DNA from: Octopus sinensis
Lineage: Eukaryota
NCBI RefSeq assembly: GCF_006345805.1
Contig: NC_043012.1
Span: forward strand, 29,450,001 to 29,514,000
DNA length: 64,000 bases
Direction of reading: 5' to 3'
Below the pieces are notes generated by a model. It was not told the DNA's origin, ran no database searches, and saw nothing but the letters and a program-made list of their open reading frames with translations. The position numbers and the translations under genes were made by a program. This document shows, piece after piece, positions 15,633-29,039 of the stretch (position 1 is the first letter of the stretch; every line of letters starts with the position of its first letter).

Positions 15633-15971
15633 ATAGTGAGTGATTATCAATCTGAGCATAATGCTTCTTATGACGCTCTCTGTTGGGGACACTGGCTAAC
15701 AATATTTAGTTAGATTAGTGAAGAATTCCAGGTAATCTTATGACAATAACATACCTAAAACGACGACTGGAAACAGCTGTAAGCCAAATTTGCTCCAATA
15801 AAGGAAAAATGTGTGATGACCATTCATTTAACTTGTTACACACGCACATACACACACACTTTGCCTTTCATCTTTTAGGTTCGATATAATAAGTACCAGT
15901 TGACTATTGGGCTCGATGTAATCGACTGTTCTCTCCCCCAAATTTCAGGCTTTGTGCCTATTGTAGAGAGG

Positions 15972-16037
<66 letters not shown>

Positions 16038-16104
16038 CTCATCATCATCATCATTATTATTATTATTGTTATCATTATTATTATCATCATCATTATTATT
16101 ATGA

Positions 16105-16290
16105 AAGGGAGAGCTGGCAGAATCGTTAGCTTGCCGGGCAAAATGCTAAGCGTTATTTCGGCTGTCTTTACGTTCTGAGTTCAAATTCCGCCGAGGTTGA
16201 CTTTGCATTTCATCTATTCGCGGGGTACACTGGGGGTCGATGTAATCGTCCCTTCCCCGTCGCCTAAAATTTGAAACCGTTATTGTTATT
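16105..16290 (+). mobile_element. tRNA-derived SINE (family A)
   Basis: A-box-like TGGCAGAATCG and B-box GAGTTCAAATTCC, followed by core GGTYGACTTTGCMTTTCATC that recurs many times in the window. Confidence 0.8.
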
Positions 16291-16383
16291 ATGAAATAGC
16301 TCACACATTCTTTTTTCTTGTTCATTAAATATTTCCGGTTATTAATTAAAGGAAGACGTTGTGTATATGTTTATATATATATG

Positions 16384-16465
<82 letters not shown>

Positions 16466-16997
16466 ACACGCATATAAAATATACAGTATATATATGTATA
16501 CAGACACACAATCATATACATGTGTGTGTGTGTGTGTGTGCGTTGCTTAAACTATGTATGTGTGTATGTTTATGCGTATGGAAATATAATTATAGGCTAT
16601 CTATTGTACATATGTTATATACATGTGTAGAAGACAGCACATACATACGTATTGCATATGCAAGTAGATGTCTATCTGTACATGTATATATATATATATG
16701 TATATGTATATACGCTCATTTATGAAAATTTGTGTGTACATATATATCATATTTATGCATGTATATATGTATATTTATGTTTATACATATATGCTAGTGC
16801 ATATGTGTCTGTATATATGTGCACACACATACACACACTCACAAACGAAAAGAAACTAAATATGTTTATGAATATATAATGACGGAACCATATGTATGTA
16901 CGTACGGCATGTATATATATGTTCATGCACATATACATATATATGTGTTTGTGTATATATATGTACATACATACTTTCGTACGTATACACACATATA

Positions 16998-17062
<65 letters not shown>

Positions 17063-17113
17063 ATATAAGTGTGTGTGTGTGTGTATACGTACGTATATAT
17101 ATATATGTATATA

Positions 17114-17144
<31 letters not shown>

Positions 17145-17232
17145 CTTGCAACATACATGTATAGAATCACAATATACATACACTTATATGTATGAATGCA
17201 TATAATATACAATGAGTAAGAGTGCATGTATG

Positions 17233-17273
<41 letters not shown>

Positions 17274-17681
17274 CATAACATATTTAATTACGTATAGGGT
17301 GATGTGTTGTAATTCGGCAACATGAATGAGATGACCTTACCAACCGCCAGGTGTCACCCGACACTTCATTCAACAACTCGCTGAGTATTCTGGGATTGTT
17401 TTTTAACAGACTGAAACTGTCTATTAAGACTTAGCGAGGTTTCTCATTCCATCGGCCCCCAGATGGTAGAAATATGTTGTCGGAAGAACGGCTTAAATAT
17501 TAAATACACATTTGAGCTTCGTACGTCTCTTTATTTACGACATGTCATCACCGACGCTGTCGCCATTTTCATGATCATCATCAACATAATCATCATCATC
17601 ATCATCATCATCATAATCAGCAGCAGCAGCAGCAGCAGTACTGCCACCAGCACAAACACCACCACCACCACCACCATCATC

Positions 17682-17713
<32 letters not shown>

Positions 17714-17723
17714 CACCACCATC

Positions 17724-17754
<31 letters not shown>

Positions 17755-18536
17755 CCACCACCATCACCACCTTCATCATCATCACTATCAGTGTCATCGA
17801 CGCCGTCGTCATCATCATCATTGTTAATGTCGTCGTTGTCGTCACCACCACCATCACCACCACCAGCAGCAGCAGCACCACTACCATCATCATCATCATC
17901 ATCATCCTCTCTGTAAACAGCTGAAGTAGATGCGGAGGCAGCAGCAAATGTAACGGCAATCATCGTTTTGGTGTTTGTGAATGCGTTCGAGAATGTACGA
18001 AAGATAGCATTTGACACACACACACACACACACATACACACACACACATACACACACACACATACACAGACACACACACATACACACACACACACACAGA
18101 GGGTTTCTTTTACACTGACCCTTTAAAAAAACTCTTTGTTGTGCATATCATAAATCATGCGATTTGCTTTTATATTTTTATAAATACACACATGCACATC
18201 CGTGTGTATGCATATGTATACGTGTGTGCGTGCATGTGCCTCTTTGTGCACATGTACCTATATACACATATAAATATAGGTGTACACATGTATACACATA
18301 CACGGTTCATTTGATGGAAATAACATTCAAATATATTCTTAACGTGTACTTAAGCATAGCGCAGTATCTATTTACAGTGTGTGTGTGTGTGTGTAATTAC
18401 ACATATGCAATATACATCTGGTAATAAAATTAAACAGTGGCATTTACACACACATATTCATTCATACATACTAGACACACACATACATACACACACACAC
18501 CATGTGTATATATATATATGTATATATATATGTATA

Positions 18537-18600
<64 letters not shown>

Positions 18601-19859
18601 GAATATGAGAATATACGTCAGTGTTCATGTGCGTACGTTTGTGTTTATTCATGTGTGTGTGTGAGTGTGTTTTTGCCATTTACTGAAGTGACTGGATGCA
18701 GTACACTTATTTATATATAGTATGAAGTTTATAAAATATATGTAGAATAGATTTGCAACGAACGGTTATTAAGTTCTTCTAGAATTAATATCAACAAGTC
18801 GTAAAACTCTGTTTGTGGACGAAACCCAGCATATCACCTACCTTCTATTGTCAATGTTTACTGGGACTTAAGTTCAATATTTAAACCTTTCCAGCTATAA
18901 CAAATCTCACTTTTCTTCAGAGATGGCTTATCTAAGATTACTTTATCTAGTATCTACTCTTTCCTCTTGCAGACATATAAGCTGTGATTTTTGGGAAGTT
19001 TTTGCTTCTTTTTCTAGCAATCAGATTTAATCACCTCAAGGAAATCTGTCTTGATACTTTTTCTACTACTCTGCCCTGTATGATTGCTGAGTTGATTTCC
19101 CAGTTACTTTTGCTACAGACCCCACTAATCTAGGTGACGAACCCATCTTTACTGTAAATCCCCCTCTCTGGTAACAATAGTGTAGGCTCATGTTCCGTTC
19201 CTTCCGCTCCTGTGTTGGATTATCAACTTTTAATCACGGACACTAATATCCCCTGATGGCCAAGTCAATCGATTGTACAGTAAGCCAATGCTCATAAATG
19301 TTCAAGCCGTATATCGTGATTGCATTATATAAATTGTGTCTGTATTTAAGACAATGAGAGTGTTGCTTGGGGACAATTTAGCTGCTATTTCTAGCAGGTA
19401 GAGTGGGCCCATAAACTCAATGCTGAATATATTAGGTTGTTCGGAAAATAAAGGCCGATTTCAAAGATAAACCTATATTCTTGAAAACTGGACTTAAACA
19501 ACTAGATGCACAGTATCCTACCCGTAAGGGAAGGTTGCAGGATGGGTCGAAACGATCGTCGTGTTGAATAAAGATTCATATCAAATCAATTTTCCGTTTC
19601 CTTCATCAATTATATGTATGATATCATCAGTAAATCATAAGTCCGAAAAAGAAGCACCATCTAAGTAATAGAGCAGTAGAATATTTAGATAAAGGTAGTT
19701 GTGGCTGGTCTATGGGGCTACCCTGGGTTAAGGACTTGAAACCCATTTCTAAATAATGAAAAATTCGGAGGGAGATTCCACAAAGTAGTAGATTTAAAAT
19801 AAGATTTAAGGTGAAAAGCACAGGAATCTTTTTTGTGTAGATAAAGATTATTTAATCCA

Positions 19860-20755
19860 TTACAATATGTACAGAGTCGACCGGTTTCGCTTCGGTAATC
19901 ATGACTCAGTATTATGAAATCATAATAAGATTTTGATTTAATCTTGCGTAGAAGCAGCGGTTATACAGGAGAGTATAGCTCAAAGGGGATAATGAGTGAA
20001 TATAATGTTGTTTTTTTTAGCTAAAAGGATAATCAGTGGATATCATATTTCTTAGCTAAGAGGAGGTAAATCTTTTTTCCTTTCTTTGGTTGTTTTTTTG
20101 TGTGAAGTCCATTATATATTCATGTTAATTTCTGGCTTGTAGTTTTCAATAAATGTATCCTCTTTATTTAGTCGTTGTTGAGTTGAGGTCCTTTCCGTAC
20201 ATTGGTATAGTGGAAATATTGTGAACTGTGGTTGGCGTTCCATAGTACATCTGTTTATGTGACAACTGAATGGTATTTGACATTATTGGGGTTGGTAAAT
20301 TTGTTGTCTGTCTAGTGTAGATCTACGTCTTACAGACATTTCTGCTGAACCTATATAGTTTCTACTGCAATCGGAACATGTTATGACGTAGATGAGATTT
20401 TCAGAGGCACAAGTGAAGTCAGTTTTAATTTTAAATTTTAGTCCTTGTTTAAAATGGAATTCGGAGCCTTCCATTACCTTCCACAGTTCGGTTGTCTACA
20501 TGTTCCACGGTTGACATGTTCCACAGTTCGGTTGTCTACATTTTTTAACTCTTGTTTCCATTATTTTTGAGTGTAGTTTTGCATTTGTGTGTATCCGCTT
20601 TAGTGGTTTTGGCTGTTTGTTGCTTTTAATGATTTTATGGGAGCATAGAATTTCGTACAGCTTGGAGTCCTTATGTAATATTGGAAAGCTTTGGATAATG
20701 GTGTTATATTCTTCGTTGTTTCTGGGGATGCATGTGGAAATATAAGATTGTACAC
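19860..20755 (-). mobile_element. Penelope-like element (Neptune-type) 3' fragment: Cys linker + GIY-YIG endonuclease, decayed
   Basis: KKCRQPNCGTC, FTCASENLIYVITCSDCSRNYIG, and C-terminal KEDTFIENYKPEIN. Confidence 0.8.
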
Positions 20756-20774
20756 ACACACACTAACATATACG

Positions 20775-21170
20775 CGGCGCAGGAGTGGCTGTGCGGTAAG
20801 TAGCTTGCTTACTAACCGCATGATTCTGGGTTCAGTCCTACTGTTTGGCACCTTCGGCAAGTGTCTTCTACTATAGCCACGGGCCGACCAAAGCCTTGTG
20901 AGTGGATTTGGTAGTCCGTCGTATATATATATGTATATATGTGTGCGTATGTGTGTGTGTATGTGTGTGTTTATGAGTCTGTGTTTGCCTCTCCATCGCT
21001 TGACAACCGATGTTGGTGTGTTTATGACCCTGTAACTTAGTGGTTCGGCAAAAGTGACCGATAGAACAAGTACTAGGCTTACAAATCGACCCTGGGGTCG
21101 ATTTGTTTGACTAAAGGTGGTGCTCCAGCATGGCCGCAGTCAAATGACTGAAACAAATGAAAGAATAAAA
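20775..21170 (+). mobile_element. tRNA-derived CORE-like SINE (family B) with internal TA/TG microsatellite
   Basis: Head GGAGTGGCTGTGCGGTAAG...GGGTTCAGTCC, CORE-like GCACCTTCGGCAAGTGTC, tail CCGCAGTCAAATGACTGAAACAA; near-copy at 40613. Confidence 0.82.
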
Positions 21171-21473
21171 AAAACATGTGCCGACATTTCTACAGTGTCT
21201 TTTCCATCCTTTTTCTCCCCTACTCCCTTTCTTATTCCTTTCATTTTCCTGTCCCCTCTTCCCCTCTGTATGCCTCCCCTATTCCACCCCTCACTATCAC
21301 TTTCTATCTTTCCTTCTCTTTATCCTTCCTTCTCTAATCCCTCTCCAACTCTTTCCTCCGTTTATCTCATTCCTTTAAGAAACTTCTTTCCTCTGGGAGC
21401 AACTGCTGAAATTCGTCTGTTACCAGACGACTAACGCCGACTTGCCAGACTGCTACTGCTACTGCTGCTGCTG

Positions 21474-21522
<49 letters not shown>

Positions 21523-21655
21523 AACTACTACTACTACTACTACAGTGAATACACTGAATAGGTATGTGTATATATATGTATATAGAATATACATACATAT
21601 ATATATTTATTTACTTATTCACGCACGCATATACGCGAATAAATGTACAGATGTT

Positions 21656-21708
<53 letters not shown>

Positions 21709-22053
21709 GTACACACACACACATACATACAGACACACTCACACAAACATATACACATATATAGCACAGACGTGTGTGTGTGTGTGTGTGTGTGTTAGGG
21801 ATGGCGTTATGTATCCAGTAAGAAAGGCGCCATGTTATCTACTCGGTTTACCAAAAGTCGGATATGTCCGGCAAGTAACAGAGTAATGAGAACACGTCTC
21901 ACGTATCAGGACGGATTAAATATCTATCTATTCTTCACTGGCTGTCAACACCGTAGACTAATGCTGCTGCTGTTGACGATGATGATAACAATGACGATGA
22001 TGATGATGATGGTCAGTAATGGTGCTGCTGGACCCGATGTTAACAGCATCTAT

Positions 22054-22117
<64 letters not shown>

Positions 22118-22514
22118 ATCCATCTATCCATCTATCTATCTATCTGTGTCTGTCTGTCTGTCAGTCTGTCTGTTTGACTGATATATCTATCTGCATGTCT
22201 GTCTTTCTGTTCGCCCGTCAGTCTATTTGTTTCTCTATTCGCCTGTCTGCCTGTCGGCCAGCCTGTCTGTGTGTGTGTATGTCTGACTGGCTGCATGTGC
22301 CTGTGTTTATGTATGACTGCATATGTCACGCAACCTGTTTGCGTAAATGTATGCATGTACACACACACATACGCACACACGCGCACACGCACACAGCCGC
22401 ACACGCACAGACGTGCGCGCGCGCACACACAGAGACACAAACACACACACACACAGACCTCCTAATATATGTATTGTACATATCTAAAACTGATAATCGG
22501 GCAAGTTAAGACTG

Positions 22515-22563
22515 AATTATACTGACGAGGTCAATGAAAAGACCGAAACGCGTAGGCATAGTT
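22515..22563 (+). ncRNA. Minimal hammerhead ribozyme core (Penelope-type); stem I damaged
   Basis: CUGACGA-GGUC aaugaaaa GACC-GAAAC-GC-GUA; palindromic ACGCGU stem III. Confidence 0.6.
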
Positions 22564-22779
22564 ATCCATTTCCTGCAAAAGAAGATCAGATCAGTCAAAT
22601 CTTTTCTTGAATTTATTCTTTATTTGTTAAAACTGCATTTCCCCAATTTTTCTTGCTCTTTTGTGCTGGTTACACGTATTTACTTCCTGAATTTTATGCT
22701 TGGTGTTACTGAATCAGGGAATTTTCGATTCAACACAACCCAAACAGATGTATTTCAATGAATCATTATTTTTAACTCA

Positions 22780-23280
22780 GTATACATACATTCATACACA
22801 CATAAACACATACACACACATACATACATATATACATACACACTTGCATACATACACACACATACATACCTACAAACATGCATACATGCACACATACATA
22901 CATACATACATACATACATGCACACATACATACATACATACATACATACATACATACACATATACATACATACATACATACAACATGCATACATGCACAC
23001 ATACATACATACATACATACATACATACATGCACACATACATACATACATACATACATACATACATACACATATACATACATACATACATACAAACATGC
23101 ATACATGCATACATACATAATACATACATACATACATACATAAATACATACATACATACAAACATGCATACATACACACATACATACATGCATAAATACA
23201 TACATACATGCATACATACATACATACATACATACATACATACATACATACATACATACATACATACATACATACATACA
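22780..23280 (+). repeat. (CATA)n microsatellite
   Basis: Directly visible. Confidence 0.95.
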
Positions 23281-23384
23281 TGCAGTTATAACAATGTTGG
23301 ATTGTTATAACGCCCACTTTGGTGTACATTATACTCAGTAAAACCAGTAAAGACACGATTATCTCTGACCGCCTACTACGTACT

Positions 23385-25204
23385 GATTCTTTATTTTGGC
23401 ACTCAGGCCACTTAACACAGAGAGGACACTACAAGGACAGACACAACACCACAGTGGGGACAATAAACATATAACAAATGAATATGAATTATATAAAAAT
23501 GTAAGATGAATGGCTGCATGGGCCCCACTCCTCATACAGTACCATTTAAACATTAGTACAAACTGTTCTTACAATCATGTTATATTGTCTGTTGTTTTTT
23601 TCTTAATTGTCGTTTTTTTTCTCTTTTTCCTTCGAAGCACTTTTTCCCAATACTCTTGCTGGGTCAATCCAATACTCCACCAATACTCTTGCTGGGTCAA
23701 TCCTACTTCCTCACATTTCTACGAGTCTCTTATAAGTCTCTTTATCGACCACAATGGCCTTGACGTTTTCTGAGTATGTGTCGCTGGGTAATTTTACTCT
23801 TATGATATGTTTAAATTTTACAATTCTCTTTCCAACTTCCTTGTTTTTGGCACACGTTACGAAATTCCACCTGTTCTTCCCTCTTTTCTGTATTTCCCAT
23901 CTCTCTTATTGAATATATCTCCTGAGTACTCTCTCCCTCCGGTTTTGACATCGTCTCCTTCTCTGTCTCTTCTGTGAACAATTTTTCCATCTCACCATCG
24001 TGTAGTTGCGCTCCAGTATCTTTCTCCTTCGCCAAATCCACTGACGCCTTCAACCTTGTTTCCTATTATAATTCGTTCTCGCACACCTTACTAATTATTT
24101 TCCCACTTTCTTTCTCCACCATACTTTTGTCAGCTTTCCTTCTCATCTCACCTTTCTTTTCCGCCTCTTCTTTCTTCTTTTTCTGGCTAGCCGGTGGCGG
24201 GCTTACTCTTCCGCTTTTCCTTCTTTTTCTTTCAACCAGCGTGAATCCCTCATCCGCTGCTTTCTCTTCATTTTCTACCTGTACTGCCTGTTCCACACCT
24301 TCTTGTGTCTCTTTCTGCTCTCTCTGTGGGCACCTCGCCTTCATGTGGACTTTCTCTCCACATCCAAAGCATACAGGCGGCCTGCCTTTCTCAGTGCAAA
24401 GCCGTCAGGCATCACTATTTCTTCCACAATCCTATTTAGATCGCCCACAGTTGCTTGGATAGTAAGTTCTATCCCATAGCCCCAGTGGTCAAGTTTATTG
24501 GTCCTTGTGGCCTTTAATATCTTGGCCCCGTCCTGCATGTTATACATTATGGCTGTCATGAGCCATGCCTCTTCCAGTTCAGGGATACTTGTCCTACTCG
24601 TACTCTAGCCACGCGTTTGCCACAGTACGACGGCAAAAGTATCCATTCCTCTGGGCGTATTGCCTCCGTTGCATGCTTAATTGCCTCCTCTTCCGACGTG
24701 AAGCGCACATCCACCGTGGCATACTTTCTTCCTCTCGTTCTGAAGACTATCAGCTTTTTCATGTTCTCCAATACTTTTTCTATTTCCTCCACAGATGCAA
24801 CCTCTATTTTTCTTGTTGCGATTCTCGTTGTCTTGTAGGTGACAGTTCTCTTTACTATGCCGTTTGTCAGCTCAGCCGGAGGCGTCAGCTTCAACGTCTG
24901 GCCCTCCTTCTCTAGCAGCTTTTCGCATGTTTTCATCTTTCTTGGTTCAACCTTGATGTCGTAGGTCTCTAACATCTTCTCTTCTGTTCTTTTTCCAGTT
25001 GCGGTAGCATAACTATGGCCGCCCGATGGCGCCGTCTCCATTTTCCTCAACGGGAAAAATTAACACAACAAAATTTCGCAACAAAAAATTCACAATAATA
25101 ACAAACAGCAATATTCAACAATTAATTTACGCACTACTCACAATAACACTCCGACTTCAATAAGTCCACTTCAAAAATAACACCTGTCAACTACAAAATC
25201 ACCA
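23385..25204 (-). mobile_element. ORF1-only non-autonomous Tx1-derived retroelement (HAL1-like)
   Basis: 10-bp TSD ACTACGTACT at 23375-23384 and 25205-25214; frameshifted ORF1 METAPSGGHSYATA... with CFGCGEKVHMKARC knuckle; no ORF2; Tx1-type 3' tail ending AAATAAAGAATC. Confidence 0.82.
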
Positions 25205-25743
25205 ACTACGTACTCCGGTACTTCAAGTACTTCTCTTTATTTATAGTGTCTAGGTTATTCCATTCATCACACGGGAGGGGTGTACCATTATTACTAATTC
25301 CCTACATCTCTCCTTTTAAGTTTTTCTTACGAAATGTCATTTTATTTAGCAATACTGTTTTTTATTCACACCCACCTCCCTTTTTTGAGCTTTTTTGGGT
25401 ACAATTTAATATTTTCTGCGCTTGGCATCTATTTTCAGGAACTCTGTATGTTTTCTTTTCCTTTCACTTGTACGCCTGGGTTCAATCACCTGCTGTGGCG
25501 TTGGTACTTGGAACGTATCGCACAACCATTCCAACGGTTCCCCAACTTCTTTGATTCGCTTTCCACGAATCTCTTTTACAGTTGGTTCCTGTGTCTCTTT
25601 TGTACACCTTTTCTACTTTTTACCCAATACATCATTTTCATTATTTTACCTATGCATTTGGTAATTTTGCCTTCTCCCCAGTTCTGCTTTCAAATTCTTG
25701 TATGCCCTTATATACACCTTTTCATCAGTTTTAAAGAATCTTG

Positions 25744-26790
25744 CTATGTCTTCCTTGGCTCTTTTCTTTTCTTGCCAGGTAGCAATTTATCAAAGACTGA
25801 TTCTACTTTCCTTTCAAACATCAGCTCCGCTGGTGATTTACCTGCTGGTGTATTCGGATTTGATGTCACACGGTACATTCTCGAAAATTGTTTTAGAGCT
25901 ACCTCATCCGTGACTTCCTTATTCGATTTTCTAAGGAGTATATTGAAGATGTCGACAAAGCGTTCTGCCTTCCCGTTAGATCTGGGATGGTATGGCGCCG
26001 TAATTATATGTTCTACTGCAAGCGTTTCACAAAATTTCCAAAATTCGCTTGACACAAATTGCGGGATCTGTGCCGTATGAATATGTCCCTCGTTTAAGAA
26101 ACAGATTAGGTTTATTTACATTTGTGAAGAAAAAAAAAAGATACCCTTCCCCCATCCCTAACCCTAACCCTAACTCTAACTAACCCTAACTAGCCCTAAA
26201 TCTAAATTAGATTGAAATGCAATAGATCGATACTAGGGTCATAATTATGGGTGACAATTTAATATGACACCGCTTGAGAAAATGGCAGTTTTTTCTAGCG
26301 GTGTCATATGAAATTATCACCCATAATTATGACCCTAGTATCGATCTATTGCATTTCAATCTAATTTAGATTTAGGGCTAGTTAGGTTTAGTTAGAGTTA
26401 GGGTTAGGGTTAGGGATGGGGGAAGGGTATCTTTTTTTTTTCTTCACAAATGTAAATAAACCCAATCTGTTTCTTAAACGAGGGACATATTCATTATGCA
26501 CAGAATGTTGTTTCATCAATGGACGTAATTGATTGGTTGAAATTGCCGAAATGCAAGAAATTAAAGACGAAATATGTTACAAACTACATAATTTTCTCAA
26601 GAAAGCCAAGAGAAAAAGATGTTTTATAAACACATTCTACCAGTATACGAAGTTAAAAATTTTTTAGTTACCTAGAAATTATGTTAAAAACTGCCGTTCA
26701 AAGCGAAAAGATCCAAATTGCGTTCCATTGTCAGACACTATCTTGTCTGGGATGCCAAACCGCGCAAACAATTCGTGTCAAAAATTTATC
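25744..26790 (-). pseudogene. Gypsy integrase core, interrupted by a MITE
   Basis: Removing 26064-26714 plus one TSD restores [42 protein letters not shown]. Confidence 0.88.
26064..26714. mobile_element. Non-autonomous DNA transposon, Merlin-like, with internal foldback and TTAGGG repeats
   Basis: 8-bp TSD AAATTGCG (26056-26063 and 26715-26722); termini GGATC...GATCC; ~210-bp near-perfect inverted repeat 26069-26503. Confidence 0.8.
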
Positions 26791-27346
26791 ACAGTTGAGG
26801 AGGTTGGTTTTTTACACTTACAAATTTCAGGTCATTTCGAAGAACTGTCGACTACCTCTAAGTAGTAATAACCGTTTAAAAGACCAGCAACATCGATGCG
26901 TATTCTCGACCACAGAACATCTACTTTTGAACAATGTTTACTTTTTATGGTGGGCAAATTTTTCATTTCTTTCTCTAAAGACCAGTGTTGCACTTTATTT
27001 TACAGCAATTAGGGTTTTGTCTTTTGTACCAAAATCCAGTTCTTCCAAAGAAAATCTGGAAATAATTTTATTTTTTGTTTCAGTCCTTCGGCCTCATTTG
27101 AACCTTTGACTGACTCAACTATATTTCTACATAGAACACTTATGGGTGTATCCTACAATTTGAATAGTTCCATCCACTCTGTGCCGAATAAATTAAGTGA
27201 ATCTTTTAATACATATATCTTTGCCTTTTTCGTTTGACCTCGAAATGTTACATTACATGCGAATTCACCGAAAAAATAGAATATTTTCCCCGCAACACCA
27301 TCTGCTACCTTTTTCAATTTAATTAATTACGGTTTACCGACATATT

Positions 27347-27495
27347 ACAGTTCTATATTTAGAACCCAGGTTCGAAATTTCCCCAAGACACCTGACGAAG
27401 GCTGAAGAGTATATCAGCCGAAACGTTGTGTTAACAATACATAAGATGAGGCAAATATCCGTAAAATGTAAATAATGTAAATAATGCAAACAATG
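27347..27495 (+). mobile_element. 149-bp retroposed insert with a hammerhead ribozyme and a tandem-repeat tail
   Basis: 12-bp TSD TACCGACATATT (27335-27346 and 27496-27507); tail (AATGTAAAT)n. Confidence 0.8.
27387..27432 (+). ncRNA. Minimal type I hammerhead ribozyme
   Basis: GACAC-CUGACGA-A-GGCUGA agaguaua UCAGCC-GAAACGUU-GUGUU: 5-bp stem I, 6-bp stem II, palindromic AACGUU stem III. Confidence 0.78.
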
Positions 27496-28587
27496 TACCG
27501 ACATATTTCCAAGTTTTTTTCGTTTATAATGGTGATATCACTACCAGTTTCCAACGACATTTTAACACTTGTATTTCTGATTTTCACCTTCACGAATTTC
27601 CTCATCGTTATATTACTAATTTCTTCTGATGAGAAACTATTTATTCTTTTTCCTAGTTCTGATGTCTTGTCATCTTCGTTCTACAGTGCGTCTGTATATG
27701 CACTTCCGCTTTCTTAAATGGACAATTTTTCCTCAGGTGTATACCTCCACATGTCTCTATTCTGATTATTTTGCACTTGCTTTACATAGAAACAATCTTT
27801 ACGTTCAAATTTCTCTGTGTCGTGTCTTAATTTGACTATACTTTCACATTCTTCTGACACTTGCTGCAGGGTTACATCATGGTTTTGTTCCAGCTTTGCG
27901 AGAATTCTAGTTCTAACTTCTGCGTCCTTTTCGGCAGTAAGTCCCTGTTTAAAAACCAGGCATTTGAACATATCCGGCGTTAATTCGTCCAGCTTAAACT
28001 TCTTCCATTCCTTGTTTACTCTACCAGCCTATGTGATGGAATTCTCGTTGTTGTTTTCTCTATGTTCAGACACTTCCAACGTATGTTGAACAATGAGCTT
28101 TCTTTACTGGAAATCTTTCGCAATATATCTATTGTGTTATTAAAGTTTATGTTCGAAGGTTTTCTTGTGAGTACATAATTACTTTATTGTCACCAGTTCT
28201 CTCAAGATTAAGCGTGTTTTCATCTTGTCGTCCCAATCTTTACATTCTTTCTCGAAGATTTGCTCAGATCTTCAGTAGCATGCTTCGAAGGTAACTCCTT
28301 CGTCAGGTTCGTATTTGTACTCTCTTATCGAGTTCGCGACATTGTCTGGCAAGAAGATTTTTTCTGAATTTTCTGACGACTTCATTAATTGCAGCATTTG
28401 TTGTTGTCATAGTAATTGTTGTTGTTCTTTCAGTTGTTGTAATTCCTGTTTTTGCAACTCGAGCAAACTGGCCAACAAATTTTCCATAATTTTTTACGAT
28501 TTTTCTTTTTCGCAAAATTCAGACAACAAAACTTTGTGAATTTGTTGACTTCTCGTGAGTTGTTTAAATCGTCGTCACCACTGTTAT

Positions 28588-29038
<451 letters not shown>

Positions 29039-29039
29039 A

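Larger units (their letters stand above)
23281..28587 (-). mobile_element. Decayed Ty3/Gypsy LTR retrotransposon carrying three nested insertions
   Basis: PBS-like TGGTGACGACGATTT (28563-28580); gag fragments 27714-28515; protease-like SLETGSDITII; integrase VSDNGTQF...[32 protein letters not shown] (25307-25320); short 3' LTR starting TGTAGG at 25306; 5' LTR largely replaced by (TATC)n. Confidence 0.85.

Noticed and set aside
16105-16200. tRNA genes at SINE heads
   Set aside because: A and B boxes are present but no cloverleaf; each continues into a SINE core
18842-18893. Minus-strand AG...GTAGGT exon candidate
   Set aside because: Stops in all three frames
19495-19568. Hammerhead-like GGTC-GAAAC-GATC-GTC
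   Set aside because: No intact CUGANGA upstream; at best a dead relic
19872-19975. Minus-strand GAAGC-GAAAC-CG-GTC at the Neptune 3' end
   Set aside because: The 5' core and stem I cannot be assembled
26150-26420. Head-to-head CCCTAA/TTAGGG as a telomere fusion site
   Set aside because: Only a few units, wrong order for an end-to-end fusion, and contained in a TSD-flanked MITE
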